Below, piece after piece: positions 36,908 to 51,105 of a DNA stretch of 64,000 nt (positions within the stretch are counted from its first letter, which is position 1; the number at the start of each line of letters is the position of its first letter). The translations under genes were made by a program, and so were the position numbers. The DNA comes from Podarcis gaigeae (Eukaryota): assembly GCA_964106915.2 (NCBI GenBank), contig OZ066915.1. One strand, given 5' to 3'. The notes under the pieces were generated by a model. It was given only the letters and a program-made list of their open reading frames with translations, was not told the DNA's origin and made no database searches.

Positions 36908-39900
36908 AATGGATCTGTGGACTACAGCAGGCAAAAGCCTCATTTACATCTTTGGTTATTAAACCTCTGAATGTGATCTACTGAGGCATGTCAGAACTTG
37001 CGAAAATATTCTTGACTGAAACTCCTGGGCCTACTATTCTGTTCCTCAGAAATCAATTCCCCCTATTCCCATAGGGCATGCCATTATGCGTAAAAAAGTT
37101 AAACCTGGCTGAAATTAAGGCGGGACACTTCTAAACCAGTTCAGAATCCTGATTAAATCCAGCTTTGCCCAGTATCTTCTTTACTGTTTAGATGCCTGCA
37201 ATGGAATTATCCAGGCTCGACACCAACATGGCCTGTATCATGTAAGAAAACCTGCAGCAGAAGCTTCACGTGGCAGATTTACTTTGGTGCCAGAATTACA
37301 TGCAAACCATCAAAACCTGGTTTCATGGCTGATCTACCTTGAAGTTGGCAATCACACCTCAGTACCGTTATCTGTGGCCTAACACTAGAATAGTAATTCA
37401 CTGCAGCAAAAGATCACGAATGGCACCAAGATGCACTGGCAATTTCAGAGGCATATAGAACTACAAGAAAGGTTATTTGGGGTATTAAAAACCACAGCCA
37501 AGAGAGATGGGGCAGTAAATGGGGCTGATTGCAACAGAAGACCTAAACCACATGGGCTCTAGTCCAAGTGGAAAGTTATTAGTGTGAAGCTGTATCCCAG
37601 CAGAAGCTCTTAATTTTCAAGAACTTTGGTTCCTGAACAAAAGAAGCTTGGTTTTTTAAAAGCCCGAATTATGTAGTATTTGCTTCACACAAAACCACTT
37701 ACAACAGTGATGTCCATGCACTTTGCAACCTCACTGGCAACCATTCTACCACATCACATGTAAAATCAAAGGTAGGGAGCCTTCGATCTGTGAGCCAAAT
37801 TCACACCACAATATCATTTACCCCAAACCACACCCGCCTGCTCCAAATCCAACGCTATGTGTATATCAGGTGTGGAGCAAGGACGATGCTGCTGGATCAG
37901 CTGTTCGACTGAGTTCCCCATAGGAAACTTGATCACTCAGCCAATATCTACAGAAAACAGGGGTGCCAGCCTTATGTTCAGACTGCCCAAGTCCCCTGAG
38001 CTGTGGTTCCAACGTACCCAACAACTAGCTGGCTGTAAGGCACTTCAAAAGCAGTGCACAACGGACTTGGACAGATGGGTGGGGTAACTCACCTCTCAAT
38101 CATCTGACATAACGATAACAGAGATTTACAAGTGTGTCGATTCACAGGGGTGGGGAAGAATAAGGATCACTCCTGCTGGGCCAAAAAGATTCCACACTCC
38201 TGTGTTAGGTGGTTAACTTTTATAACCTTGTAATCTTTCCAATAACTTTTACAACCTTCTAATATTTTTATTAGGACCTTAATTTATGCAAATATATCCC
38301 AATGGCTGCTCCACCCCAACCCTGCTCTCGCTGCCATAGTATCCATCTGAATCTCAAACATCTTGTCTTCCAGATGACGTATGAGTGGCTATTTTTCTTA
38401 GCAGGGTAGTGTTCTTGGAAACTGCCTCAAATTAAAAGCTATCATAGTCTTTTAAAACCACCAGAGGGCACTCCTGAAGCCAAAGAAAAACATATTATCC
38501 ATATTCAGCCCCTGCTCTGATTTCAGTTAAATTTCAGTTAACTGATATGTACAGACAAACATGTAATTCTAAGGTACCATATATACGTAACCAGAAAGAT
38601 TATTGGAAAGAAAACACATACAAGAGACCAGGAGAGTCAGAACAGAAGAGGAAGTGATATAAAAGTCTCATTTGTAGATTAAGAGGTTGGTCACACAAAT
38701 CCAAGTTACTAATTAGCCGATCATTTATGCCCTCTCACTACCCAACAACCTTTCCCTCCTTGCATACCAATACACCGCATCAGGAAAATGTTGGGTTCAA
38801 ACAGGGTTAAGGAACAGAGATGTCTGGATAGTCTGCCTCTTCTATAAGGGCTTCACTTTTGAGCTGTGGGTAGGCTCTGGCTTGACCACCACCACTTTTC
38901 AGTTTCTGAAGTCCTTGTAGTACATGACTCCATTCATTAAAGCAGACAGTACCCTCTTCACGTTTGAATTGTGCGACAGAGACATCACATGGTGACCAGG
39001 AAGTGGGGGTGCACTGGCCCACACATAGATCTGAACGTCTGCATTGTGCAGCCCTATGCATGAGCAGCTACTGTGTGTAGTCTTCCACATGACCTGCACT
39101 TCTGATAACGCTGAAGCCCTGATCTCTTTGGAGCCTACATATGAGCAACTGCTTCTTCAGCCAAACCATGGAAGGCTCTAAAGGGCCACCAATGGTCAAC
39201 TCTGCACAAGTTGCACATTCTTTCTTCCCAAAATACAAGATGAGCCTTGCAGTTTTTACAGAGCAAAAAGTCAGATTTTTTAATATCACCTCATGATAAA
39301 TTATTTGGTGGAGGGGGCGGGGGGAGCAGCAAATCAGTACGTCTGAATAGTGCTTATTTCAGTTTAACTTGAAGCCTCACACAAACAGCAGCATAAATTT
39401 TGTTTGCAAAAAGGTCAACAAACCTAAACAGTTTGGGAACGCTGAACTTGACAGCACTTATGTGTAGGAAATCAATAAGTTAGATTAGCTAAACAAAAAC
39501 TGGTTTTAAAGCATCTATAATTCCAGTCTCTCCAGCATGAAATTTGGTGGGGGTAGGGAACACATGTGAAATTTGAGAACAAAATATTACCTGAAAAGCA
39601 AGGGCAACAGTAGACCCCATTCAGAAAGCTGGGTGGCAAGGCAACCGCTATTCACTCTCAAGAAAGGAATTCTCTGTGGAAAATGGCCTACTGTAAGATT
39701 GCATTTTAAACAGCATAGCGCAGCTATAAAAACTGTTCAACTGCTACAACATGAGGCCAATACCCTAAGGAAAATGCTATTTGCCATTAATAATTACAGT
39801 TCCCAACATTTTCATCTTTGATGGTTATCTGAAAATTGCCTCATACAGAAGACAGAGCTTCAAAACCACTCACATAGAGTTCTTTCTATGCAGAACTGGG

Positions 39901-41237
39901 CAAAGCCTGCAATTTACGAAAAGGCTACAGTACATTATATCCAAACTTAAGCAGTTACTGGCATTTCCCATGCTGAAAGGTTGCTATAAAACAGGATACG
40001 GATTGACACATTTTAAAAATTTGGCAACTTTCTCCTTCAGTATTGATTTATTTAATAAAATGTATATACTGCTTGAATGTAAAAAAAAAAAACCCACTTC
40101 AAAGCTAGTTATATATATTAGAAGAGATGATGTAGCTTTGTGTTCAAGCAGATTGAGCTGTGAAGCCAAGAAATCAGTGGGAGTCCTCAGGCAAGAAACT
40201 ATTTCCTCAACTATCTTCAGTTTAGCTCAACAGTGAGCAACCTGTGGTGCTCAAGTTGTTGTTAGAGCACCTTTTCCCTCAGTTCTATGGGTGAGAGCCA
40301 TTGATGCCACTGGTTTCTAGAAACTCCTGGTGGACTAAGGAAGCCCAAACTGAGAACAGTAGTTCTCCACACCCCATTCTCATTGATGCCACCATGCTGG
40401 AAGCATGAATACTTTTGTTTTTAAAAAACCCAAATCATTGGCTGCATCTGGTATGTATGATCTCCTACTGTGCACAAGATAAGCATGCTTTTATTATACA
40501 AACAGTGAGAACCACTATTGTTGAAAAGCAATATACAAATATTACTTTAAAATAAATAAAATCTTCCAAAGTGTTCCCTGCCTTTGTCTTGCTTCATTCT
40601 CCCTCATTAGGCCTGGTCTTGCCATCTCAGCAGAATCCTTATCTCTTCCCATCCTTGCTCACCTCACAGGCCATATTACCCATTGAGCAAAAGCCAGATT
40701 GTCACAGTAGCGATTGGGCTGCCCTTGTGTAAACCTTGAAGCCAGTTCCCCGTCACCCTCCCAGAGCAAACGTTTAAGAGTAAAAACTAGCATCCTGAAA
40801 ATGTAAACTAAAGCCCCAAGTATTTGAACATGTAGCCAGTTGAAAAAAAACAAAATGGCAGTGTGCCTAAAGCAAGAGACAATCCGCATTCGGTCCACAA
40901 CCACGGATGTGAATCCACTGAGAAGATAATTTCAGAAATTGGAGAGGGCTCGTATTGAGCTTGTGAACAAAACTGCTGGATGGAACGAGGAAAACCCTGG
41001 AGTCAACTTCCTTTTGTCGTGGGATTCCACTCACTGGACCTCACCTCGGTATTGAAAATGGCCTCCATCCAGCAAGAATCTTAAGCAGACAGGTGTGGGT
41101 GAATAGAAGTGGGGGCGCAACACAGAAGTAGATATTTATTTTAATTTAAAGGAACTGTGCTTTCTGAATATACTATGCTGGCAAGTATATTCAAGAGTGT
41201 TGGATTCCTGGGAGTGGTAGGGCCTGTGTGTGAGGAG

Positions 41238-41327
41238 CATAGCTGTCAACTTTTCCCTTTTCTTGCGAGGAATCCTATTCGGAATAAGGGGATTTCCCTT
41301 AAAAAAAGGGAACAGTTGACAGCTATG
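41238..41327. mobile_element. 90-bp fold-back MITE (hAT-like)
   Basis: Inverted ends CATAGCTGTCAACT.TTCCCTTTT / AAAAGGGAACAGTTGACAGCTATG; no clear TSD. Confidence 0.65.
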
Positions 41328-44300
41328 GCAATGCCACCTGCCCTTTAAATCCTGTTTCTTAATTCTGTGATAGGCCAGTTGTTCTGTAGGAGAAAGATGC
41401 TCTGCATATGCAGAGAGGCATATTTAAATATTCTTGCTGGCTACTAAAAATACAAAATGGCTACAAAGCCCAGGTACTATCTGTGTACTTTTGAATCCCA
41501 CCACCTGGAGCCCTATCCACAGAACCATTTTACCTCATTTGGGAAGGATTCACCTGATTGAAACTTGTATGATTTTTGCCTTCAAAAATAGAGGTTATTC
41601 TTTGTCTAGTAAAGAATTACTGGCGCAAGGGCATTTTTCAAAGTTTAATAACAGATTTAAGTATTTTTAAAATCCGCAGGTAGCCATAATTTTAAACAGG
41701 ATTAGTGTAAAAATATTGACAAAGTGGGATGAGGAAACTAAAACATGAAAAAAATATTATGAAACCTTAAAAAATATAGGGACTATGCTTTGACATCAAG
41801 TTTTTATTAACTAGCAGGTCATTTTCTCTTCTACCCTTTGCCCTCAGAGCAAGAGCTAATGAAGGAAATCAACAGAATTGTTAAAACTTCTTCTCAGATT
41901 AGAAGGAATGGAATACCCTGAGCTTTGCTACGAGAAAATAAACTAAATTTAATAAAATGCCACTTAAAAATGCTCACTGCTTTAGAGGCCCCTTCATATT
42001 TTAATTTTCAAAAGATGGTTCTACTTTTCCTCATAGCTGCAATTATCTGATGTACAATGTTATCACTTAGTTTTTAGCTCCCCACCCAAAGCAACTAGCC
42101 TGCTTTTTACTTATACAAAGGAGCTCCTCTTATTAGCAAAAAGCAGACTGTTTTGTGTGTTTTTTAAAGGAAAAATGCAAGCTACAAGGGCTGGTGAAGG
42201 AGAAACAAAGCACACCAGCTCTCTTTAGGAAGCCCACTCACACACCTGGAGGGAATTCTTAGCTGCCAACGGTGACCAGGTGAGTAGCTAATACAAGACT
42301 GAATTGTCATAAGTAGCATTAAATGAATTATATGTTGAAATTCTGGATTTACTGCATATCAAATATTAAAGGATGCATAATCAATTCTGAACACATTTCT
42401 AATGGAAATGGAAATCAGAATTCATTACTATAGCTCCTATAACAAAAAATTACAGATGCTTTAACATGAGCAGTTAACAGCATGGCAGCCAGGCACAAGA
42501 GACACTTAAATGGGTACGGAAGTATTGTGTTTTTCATTTTTCTTTTAAAATCTAACTGGGTAGCACTATAATTATGGAGGAGGAAGTGACATCACACCTG
42601 GAAAACGGAAGTTTGAAAGGAGAATTCTGCAATCCTGGAGAAGATTTTTTTTATAACCCAGTAACTGGAACCGAGAAGTCCACAAAAGAAAGTAGCAGCA
42701 GCAGCAGATTAAGTGGCTGAAAAAGACAGGCAGTGAATAGAGTTTTATTCTATAACTACTAGAAGAAAAACCTCAAACACTTCTGCTAGCACAATGAGGA
42801 TACCATGAAGTACATAAAAAGACAAAACAGTCAAGATATCATGTTAAGCTGAAGCATTAAAAAGTTAATGGAGTGTGTTTAGAAATGGAAACGGCTACAG
42901 ATTTTCTTCAAAGGAGAAAAATGAATTTGCACTAATGTATAAGATCAAGTAGACAGATGTTTGCAGCAGACTGTTAAGTTTCAATAAGAGTACATAACCA
43001 AAATTAATAATCAGACGGCAATGGAGGGGGAGAAAATGTAAATTGCACGTTATGAGATCATGACAAGCCAAGTTCATTGTGAACCCCAAAAGCCCAGAGT
43101 CTGACAGCTTGGAGCAATTTCTCAAGAAATGACTGCACTTTTCATAAAGCCTAAGGATATTTAATCCCATTTTCCATGCCAAAAATCTGCACTCTATACT
43201 TCAAAAGCCTTTTTTATCATTTCCACTAGAAATGAGTTTTAAAAAGAAACCTAGATAAATTCTTCACATAGGTTAGTAAAACTGAAACGCTGTTTCGTTT
43301 TAAAAAAGAGAGCTGAATGAGCAACACAACCCTATTCTTAAAAATTAGACATTATCTCCTCATAGTTAAACTAAAAAGGCCCTGAGACTAAAAATACTCA
43401 TGAGCAAAAAGGCCTCAAAGATGCTATTGTCTTCAGAATCTCCACTTCTACACTGATGAGTGAGCAAATGTTATTTAACTAAGAGCAGGAAGAGATGGTC
43501 ACATTCACTATACAATTCCCTACAAAAAATTTTTTTGGGGGGTGGGAAGTTCAGAGTCTTTCTTGCTCACTCCAGGCTCATCTATTCTACATTAACTCTT
43601 CCTTATCACTTTGCATTTTCCTTATCTGACATTTTTCCTGCATCAATTACAGCAGAATCAGACTATTAGAGCACTCATCTAGGTTGACCCCTTTACTTGG
43701 TTCTATTTCAGGCTTCAGGAAACCAGGCTACACGTTTTGTATGTTGCTTCATATAAAGTACTCCCTGTACATACAGAACTATGTCAAGGAGGGCTCTAGG
43801 CAAGCGTTCTCTCTTGTCATACTAGCTTGTTATGCACACTGAGATTTCTCAATGTGTGATCAGGGGACAGGGCATAGAAAACATGCAACCCTCCACCTGC
43901 AGTATGAAATTGTACAGTCCAGCAACAGGTACTTTGTGTCAGTGCTCTCGATAATTTACATTTGCTTCTGGATTACAAATCCACAGGACAGAAATTGTCA
44001 ACCGAGTGTTATACACATCATCTCTTAGAGCCATTTCCAGCTATGACAAGATAAAACACTGCTGGGATAATGTGCACGCTGCACATACAGCAACCATATA
44101 TAAACCTTTATAAACAAAGCTACATATCCTACTCTCTAGCTTACACCTAAAGTAAGACAGGGTCACCAATCTTTTGGGACCAGTGAGCACATCTGAAATT
44201 TTAAGAAAGTGCCACAGGTTGCCAGTGACAAGATGGGGTGTGTTACCTAACACAAAATGGCTGCTCTGAGGGTGTGGTTCAACACAAAATGGATGCTACG

Positions 44301-47300
44301 TATAAAAAAGGAGAGTCAGGACCACAAAATGCTGTGCGCCTGCTCCCACCCCATAAAAAAGCACCTACATGAGCCACCACAACACTTGCTCAGTTTTTGC
44401 ACCTCTCCTCTCTTCAGTACAGGGGAGTGGGTGTCTAATCCTGGCATCCAATGAAATGTGGGTATGAACATGTTCACTGTGGGAGAGGCTGATTCAGTAC
44501 AAACGAGAACTGGACAAGAATAGCAAACTTACACACTGTAGTTTTTTAAGGGGATATTTACGTTTCATAGGCACCACATGGTGTACTGGTAGGCACACTT
44601 GCACCCAGGGGCACCCACTGCAGGAAGACATAATGGAAGGGCAATGTATGGGAACTGTAGAAAGTGAGACTTCAGTTAAAGAATGATAGGATGAACAATA
44701 CCTCTTCATCCCTTCTTTCTTTAACTGCACTTAAATACTAAAAATGGAAGAATGGCAGAGTTCCAATGGAGCAACAAGAAAGATAAAAAACAGAGCACAG
44801 TGGGGAAATCAATACTGTAGCACTGAATTTACAGGGGACAGTGTTATCAGGGGAGTCAAGACAGCAAGAGAGGAACATGCACAACAAACAAGTGGAAGAA
44901 TGCATACATTTGAAAGTTAAATTGAATGCAAGATGAGAGAGAGCCAATGTACGTAACAGAATACAGGAAGTAAAATCATCATGACAGGGATAGATTAGTT
45001 GAGCTGAAGAAAGAGAATACATAATTGAGCAACCTTCACATGAAAACCTACTGGACAAAAACTAAGTTACCATCAAGCAACTGTAGGAGATGCTGGAATC
45101 TGTCCAATAGTAAGCACCTTGTCTTCTGTGAATCAGATGCAACAGTAGCCTCTCTCAATGTGTGGAGATGAGAGCAGAAAAAGGTGTCCAACCTCCTTGG
45201 GTTCATAATCATGGAAAATGTTGCACTAGTTCCATCCACCCACAAGTGATTTTGATTTTAAAATACATCTAGACTTTAGAGTAGGGGTATGGAAAAGACA
45301 GGAGACCAAGTGCCAGGATTGTTGTGAAGTAGGCCAAACTAGGTAGCCAGTGCTTAATTCAAAAAAGCACTTCTTTTGTTCTTAAGAAACTGTGTTTACT
45401 TGGGAACATTTAGCATTGATTAGCTATGCCTAAACTATTAAGAAATCCACTATTGCTTTGTAAATTTAAGAGCCTAGTGGACCATAGGGATTCCCAGGAG
45501 GCAGAAAGCTAAGAATTCAGCCCATTCTTGCCTCACAAAACTGACAATGAATAAAAATTAGGTTATCTTATAAGCTGAGGCCTTATTTATGGATTATTTT
45601 TTTAAAAAAAATCTAAGGTCTTAAAAATGACTCAACAACTAACCAGAGAGGTCATGAATGAATTTCATTTCCTCTGTCCTACTTACTGGCTAACATGAAC
45701 AAAATAATAACAGAAACTATTATTAGTTTTCTCTTTTCTCCTGCAAAGACATGTAAAGAAATGTTCTTAATCTTATTGGTTTGTTCCTATTCTTACATTA
45801 ATGTAAGTACCACATATTTTAACATTGTGTATGTTTAGAGCTGTATGTTTTGGGTGTTTTAAATTGCTTTTAGAGGATCTATGTTCATATAATAAAATTT
45901 GCTTTGTATTGAATATAACTTCCTAATGTGACAGTTGAGTATACATGTTACATGGGCACCAATACCCAATAACAACGCTACAAAACAAGACAATATTTTT
46001 AATGTTTTAAAAGTGTCATCTATGACAATAAAGCTAATGGTTTTTAATGACTTTTTAAAAAAGCAGATGGATGGGGATGCAATTTGCTAACAGCACAGAA
46101 CAGAGAGCCATTATTTGTTTTTGTTCATATAAGGATAAAGAAGTTATGCAAGGGAAACAATGAGCGCTAGAACAGGAGAAACTGGAATGGAACTGGAGAG
46201 TAGGAACTCATGCATTCTGAGACTTCATGACTGCATTCACATAAACTATAATGATTAGTTTATCAAGAACACACAGATGGCCCATTTTGCTTCTCCCCTA
46301 GCAGGAACCACAAATCACAATTCCTGGCTTAGTGTTCTGTCCAAATCATGAGTGTGGTTTGTTTCACTCTAAGCTAACACTGCTGAGAAGCTAAAGTTTG
46401 CTCTTGCAGATGTAACTCTTAGCCAGGGATCTTCTAATTGGAAAGGAGCGCCATAGGCACATTCTTCACATTAACAGTAATCCACCAGCTATAGTTTACT
46501 GTTATTTGCAACTGTTTGAAACTAAGGCAAATTGAGAATCTTTTTTTATCCCAAGAAGATAAAAGTGTATTGGTGTGATAAAGATAAAAAAAAAATTTGA
46601 TGAACTGTGATTGATGTAACTCTACCAGAATGAATGGGACAGTCCAATAGCATTCTGAAAGGTAACAGTAGAACCCTGTTTTGAATAGTGCCTCTGATTT
46701 TGGTCTATCTATTCAAGAAGACTTAATTCAAACCACTACATATGGCAAAAAGCTCCAGTAATGGTAATGAACACTTGAGTACAAGAAGCTGAAGTAGTTA
46801 TGCCTGTTTAGCCTGTTCAAAAGGAGGAAGAGAGCAAATGAGAACATAAGCCTTAATGTCAAACCAACATAAGATATTTCTAGAAATAACTACACAGGTT
46901 AAATAGTACTGCAGATACAAATCAATGGTTGTAAAACTACCCATTAATAAATTTATATTAGAAATCAAGTCAAGGCTACCCAGCTACCACGTTTATAAAA
47001 TTCTGCCTGTCTTTCTAAAATAATAACAAAGAACTTTAAAAGAACAGTGAAATCCATGTGTGATTAGTTTTAATCAGGTGCCTCATTTGTGAAACAATGG
47101 GGCACAGGTGGAAGGTGAATGAGGATGTGCATGTATGAGCCTGAGGCTGTTGGTACCCCAAATATTGAATATATTTATTTGTATTATTCTTCCTAATATT
47201 GGGCATCTGGAAAACACGGTATGCCACAGTACCTTGGGTGGTATAAATAATTCAACAATGCTATTTTAGGAGCTTACAGTGCACTTGTACATTATGGGTT

Positions 47301-47703
47301 GGAACTAAACTTGTAATTGGCCAAGTTTCACTTCTGTTGGAAGAGGAGAGGAAAGAGATGTTTTGCTGATACCTCCTTCACCTTGCAGCTTCCTAAAAAT
47401 CTGCACAGGTTGGTTGGGGAGCACTATGAGGCATCACATCCATGAACACAGGTCCCAATATGTAAAATTGTGATATGAACAGCTGCCTATGGGATGAAGT
47501 AGCTATGACCTGGGGAGCATGTTTTTTACTCACGTCTAAAACAAATGGTGGGGGCAATAAGCTCTGATACGGTGTGCAAAGCTACTGGGGAAAGCTGGGT
47601 TCCTGCAGTGAGGCAAGCACAGGAAGGCAATGTGAGGAGAAATCCAGCTCCCCTGATGCATGTACACCCCTTTTAGTGCAAAAGAACGCCCCACCACCCT
47701 GGC

Positions 47704-47705
<2 letters not shown>

Positions 47706-47747
<42 letters not shown>
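47706..47747. repeat. (TG)21 microsatellite
   Basis: Read directly. Confidence 0.95.
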
Positions 47748-47750
<3 letters not shown>

Positions 47751-49000
47751 AATAGGACAGACGCACAAACAACATACAGATCTGCCTCTATTACATCTAG
47801 TTCAGCCTGCAAATTATCACCATACTAATGGTCAGAAACAAGCTTCCCTTCATCAGGTTTGCTACTGAGGTTTGGACTTCTTTTTGCCCATCTTTGCTCC
47901 AAGTAGCTTACCTCCCCGCTCTGAAAGATCTGGATTGTTTTCCCCTCGTGTCCAGGCAGAAAGAAAGAGGAGTAAATGCAAGAGGCTGGTGGACACTGGG
48001 ACACAGCTATTTGGCCATTAAAATATGTAACAGGACAGCTACTTAAGAAAAATTTGCCCCACCACAAGCATAATCTGTGAGGCACAGATTATAGTGAGGC
48101 ACTTACAATTAACATTTGTGCTGAATCACCCTTGTGCATTTGGGATTGTTACTCACCTTTTCTTCACAAACATGGACTAAACGGCTTTATTTTTTAAATA
48201 AGTAACTCACATTTAATACAAAGTGAAAGCAAGACCAGCAACTAGCATGCAGATTTGTAGCCTAATCTACATGTGATGAGTTTGATGTCATGGCTTATGA
48301 TACTGCAGGTTGAAGCAGGCCAAGGTGCTTTTGTTCCTTACAAGACTTTCTTTTTTAAATGACCATGAAAAGTTGAATATATATGATTACTCAAAATAAA
48401 GTGGGGGTGGGGGGGAGAAATAAATAAATAAAAACTTCCATAACTCCCAGTGCTGAATCAGCCTTGAATCTTAGGCTGCAATCCTAAACAAACTTACTTG
48501 GAAGCAAGTTGCAGTGTCACCAAGATAATTTATGTTCAAGACAACCTAGTAGGATCTGGGTTCTTATTGTGTATGATGGCTTCTTCTCCACCCCTGTTGC
48601 TCATTCAACAAACATAAAAGTATTATACAACTGCAACAAATAGTTAGATAGACTTAAAGTTATGCCCTTAAATCTATCTAAATTCCTGCAGCACTTTTTT
48701 TCAATGATGATAACTTCAGCACAGGTATCTAGGCGAGAAAGTGACAGAATTCAAGAAAACCAGGAGGTGTTTGATCTTGTTTAAACCATCAACTGTGTTT
48801 ACCATTTCTTAAACTCTGGTATGCATGTCCCATCAAGTCTAAGGAACCAACAGCACTTCTGAGAGCTGGAAGCTTAAGATCACCACTGTTTCAGATACTG
48901 AATTTTCATAAGCCATACACCAGCACCCAAGCCCTCTGTTCAGGTTTTTCATAAAGTTGTCCAACTGGCAATACCATCACAGGTACAACTTTTGTACTAA

Positions 49001-49151
49001 ACCTTGGTTCTCGAACTTAATCCATTCCAGGAGTCCATTTGACTCCCAAAACCATTCGAAAACCAAAGCTGGAACACTTAATTCCGGGTTTGCGGCATTC
49101 AGGAGCCAATTTGTTCGACAACGAAGCTGTTTAAGATCCAAGGTACCACTG
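49001..49151. mobile_element. Truncated Tc1/mariner-pogo MITE
   Basis: Right TIR CAAGGTACCACTG-TA intact; left TIR eroded (ACCTTGG). Confidence 0.7.
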
Positions 49152-49498
49152 TAAATGTATCTAGTATAGCTGAATACAAATATTTTTTTCTCTTAGAGCT
49201 ATCAGAAAGAAAGGAAAGGGAAAAAGAGCAAATATTTTCTGCAGTCACGTTGCTGATGCTAGTGCAGTTTAGTATGATAAAATGAGAACTTAAACAAGAA
49301 ACACGGTGTGTACATTGCCCATATGAATGGAAAAACTTAAAGAACTCACTTACAGTGAAGCAAGTTCTCAGAGTAGTCCTCTTTTAAGTCTTTGGTGCTA
49401 CTTTAGAATACCCAACAATATTAGAAGTTGCCCAAATTATGTTTTATTCCTATGCTAGGTTATTTGTTTTAATGTCAGAAATTATATTAAAGCTGTAC

Positions 49499-49581
49499 CT
49501 TAAGAGAGGCTAGTGGATGTTCTGGACCAAGTAAACTCCAATGAAATGAAGCCAAATCTTCATCAGGTAGAATGTGATTAC
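49499..49581 (-). CDS. FAM120A: FAM120A exon 3 (83 nt)
   Basis: tccag|GT AAT CAC...CTT AAG|gtacag; NHILPDEDLASFHWSLLGPEHPLASLK. Confidence 0.97.
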
Positions 49582-50100
49582 CTGGAATATACAATATGCA
49601 ATGCTTTTAAAAAATATACTATATGTTACTTGTTCTTCATAAATGGTTGTCTCGTTTACTTTTTTAAAATATCAAGGCAGTACTTGAAATTAGTGAAGTC
49701 TGACAGAGTTGGGGGGGAAATAACAATCCTAAATTCAAATTTCACTTGCAGATAATGCAATTAGAGAGACTGAATACATTTTTTCCTGGTATCACGTCTA
49801 ATTCAGAAACAATGTTTATCCAAAACTAAGTCCCATATTAACGGGGCTTACTTCCAAGTAATCACATTTAGGATTGCAGCCTTACTTCAGGTACCTCCAC
49901 ATTTCCATGTAAAAGTGATTGGGATAAAAGGTACCAGATTCTGATTCACTGCTATATAATTAAAAAACAAAAAACAAAAACCACACACACAAATCAAGAG
50001 GATGAAGAAATGATAAAACAAGTGTGCACAGAAACAGTCCTTCCAATAACACATTCTTCAGATCAGATAAATGTGGACTTCCATGTGTCATTCCACCTAC

Positions 50101-50347
50101 CTAAAAGAGCAGCAAAAATAGGAAACCGATTTGGATTCAGGTCCAGTTGCTTGGCAACTTCATGCATCAGGTATTGGCTTGTCGTGAGGCTTTTTCCATT
50201 ACGGCTCAGTTTTAGGGCATGGGCACTGAAATAGTAAGGGATGTTGCACAATGCGTAATCTGAATCAAATGCAACCAAGCCATGGAAGCCTTTTTCTCGG
50301 CAAAATGAAATTACTTCTTGATGGTGGTCTTCAATGCTCTGTGCAAC
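50101..50347 (-). CDS. FAM120A: FAM120A exon 2 (247 nt)
   Basis: catag|GTT GCA CAG...TTA G|gtaggt; VAQSIEDHHQEVISFCREKGFHGLVAFDSDYALCNIPYYFS...FPIFAALL. Confidence 0.97.
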
Positions 50348-50945
50348 CTATGCAAAAAGGGAGGGAGGGAGGGGGAGGAAGAACAGGATACATCAAATGT
50401 TAATACCAAACTGTATGAAAGTGCTGAAATGTACATTAGCAGTTCATGTTAAAAACAAGTTCTCACACACTGGAAATGTGCAGCTCCAACTTGTTGACAG
50501 CAACAGGTTATCCTATACCATCCTTAGTCAAACTTTGGTCCTGTTCCGAACAACTGTCCTTCCTTCTCCTAAACACTATAATCAGGGCCAAGGAAGATCC
50601 CATATTCAAAACAAGTGTGCAGTTTCCCAGTTCAAGCATTACTTTCTAACAAGAAGGAGAAGAACGCTGAAAGCAACTCTTGATTTCATTGTATTCAACT
50701 GAGGGAACTAATGAACAGGCCAGACTCCCTGTTCTGCTCCCCGCATCCCAAAAGACCTACATAAAAGACACCCATGTTCCCCTGCCAACAACTTTCTGAA
50801 ACATACCTGTCCCCTTGGGACAGAAAGGTATTTACAAGACAACACACATCCCATCTGAAATGTTTTCAACTCTTTACAGGCTTATCAGGTCTCACCTTGG
50901 CTTTGGCAGATCAGCAAGAGTCCATCCCTCCTGTGGTGTGGCATA

Positions 50946-51105
50946 TCGTATTTTTCCGTCTATAAGATGCCCCCATGTATAAGACTATTTTGGGGGACTC
51001 AGATTTAAGAAAATGGCTTTGGCACTATCCATGTATAAGATACCCCCTAATTTTTGACATAATTTATTAGGGGGGAAACCTAGTCTTATACATGGAAAAA
51101 TACGG
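50946..51105. mobile_element. pogo/Tc2-like MITE
   Basis: TA-(T/C)CGTATTTTTCCGTCTATAAGA...TCTTATACATGGAAAAATACGG-TA; internal repeats CCATGTATAAGA. Confidence 0.82.

Noticed and set aside
40915-40965. Plus-strand peptide EKIISEIGEGSY resembling a kinase glycine-rich loop
   Set aside because: Immediately followed by a stop, with no VAxK, HRD or DFG motifs nearby; most likely chance.
42580-43100. GGAAGTGACATCAC motif followed by an A-rich stretch (possible old L1 5' end or internal promoter)
   Set aside because: Too degenerate to assign by eye; no ORF1 motif recognised.
44480-45250. Purine-rich coding-like stretch next to a hAT-like fragment
   Set aside because: Multiple stops and no recognisable transposase motif; probably an old TE but cannot be supported.
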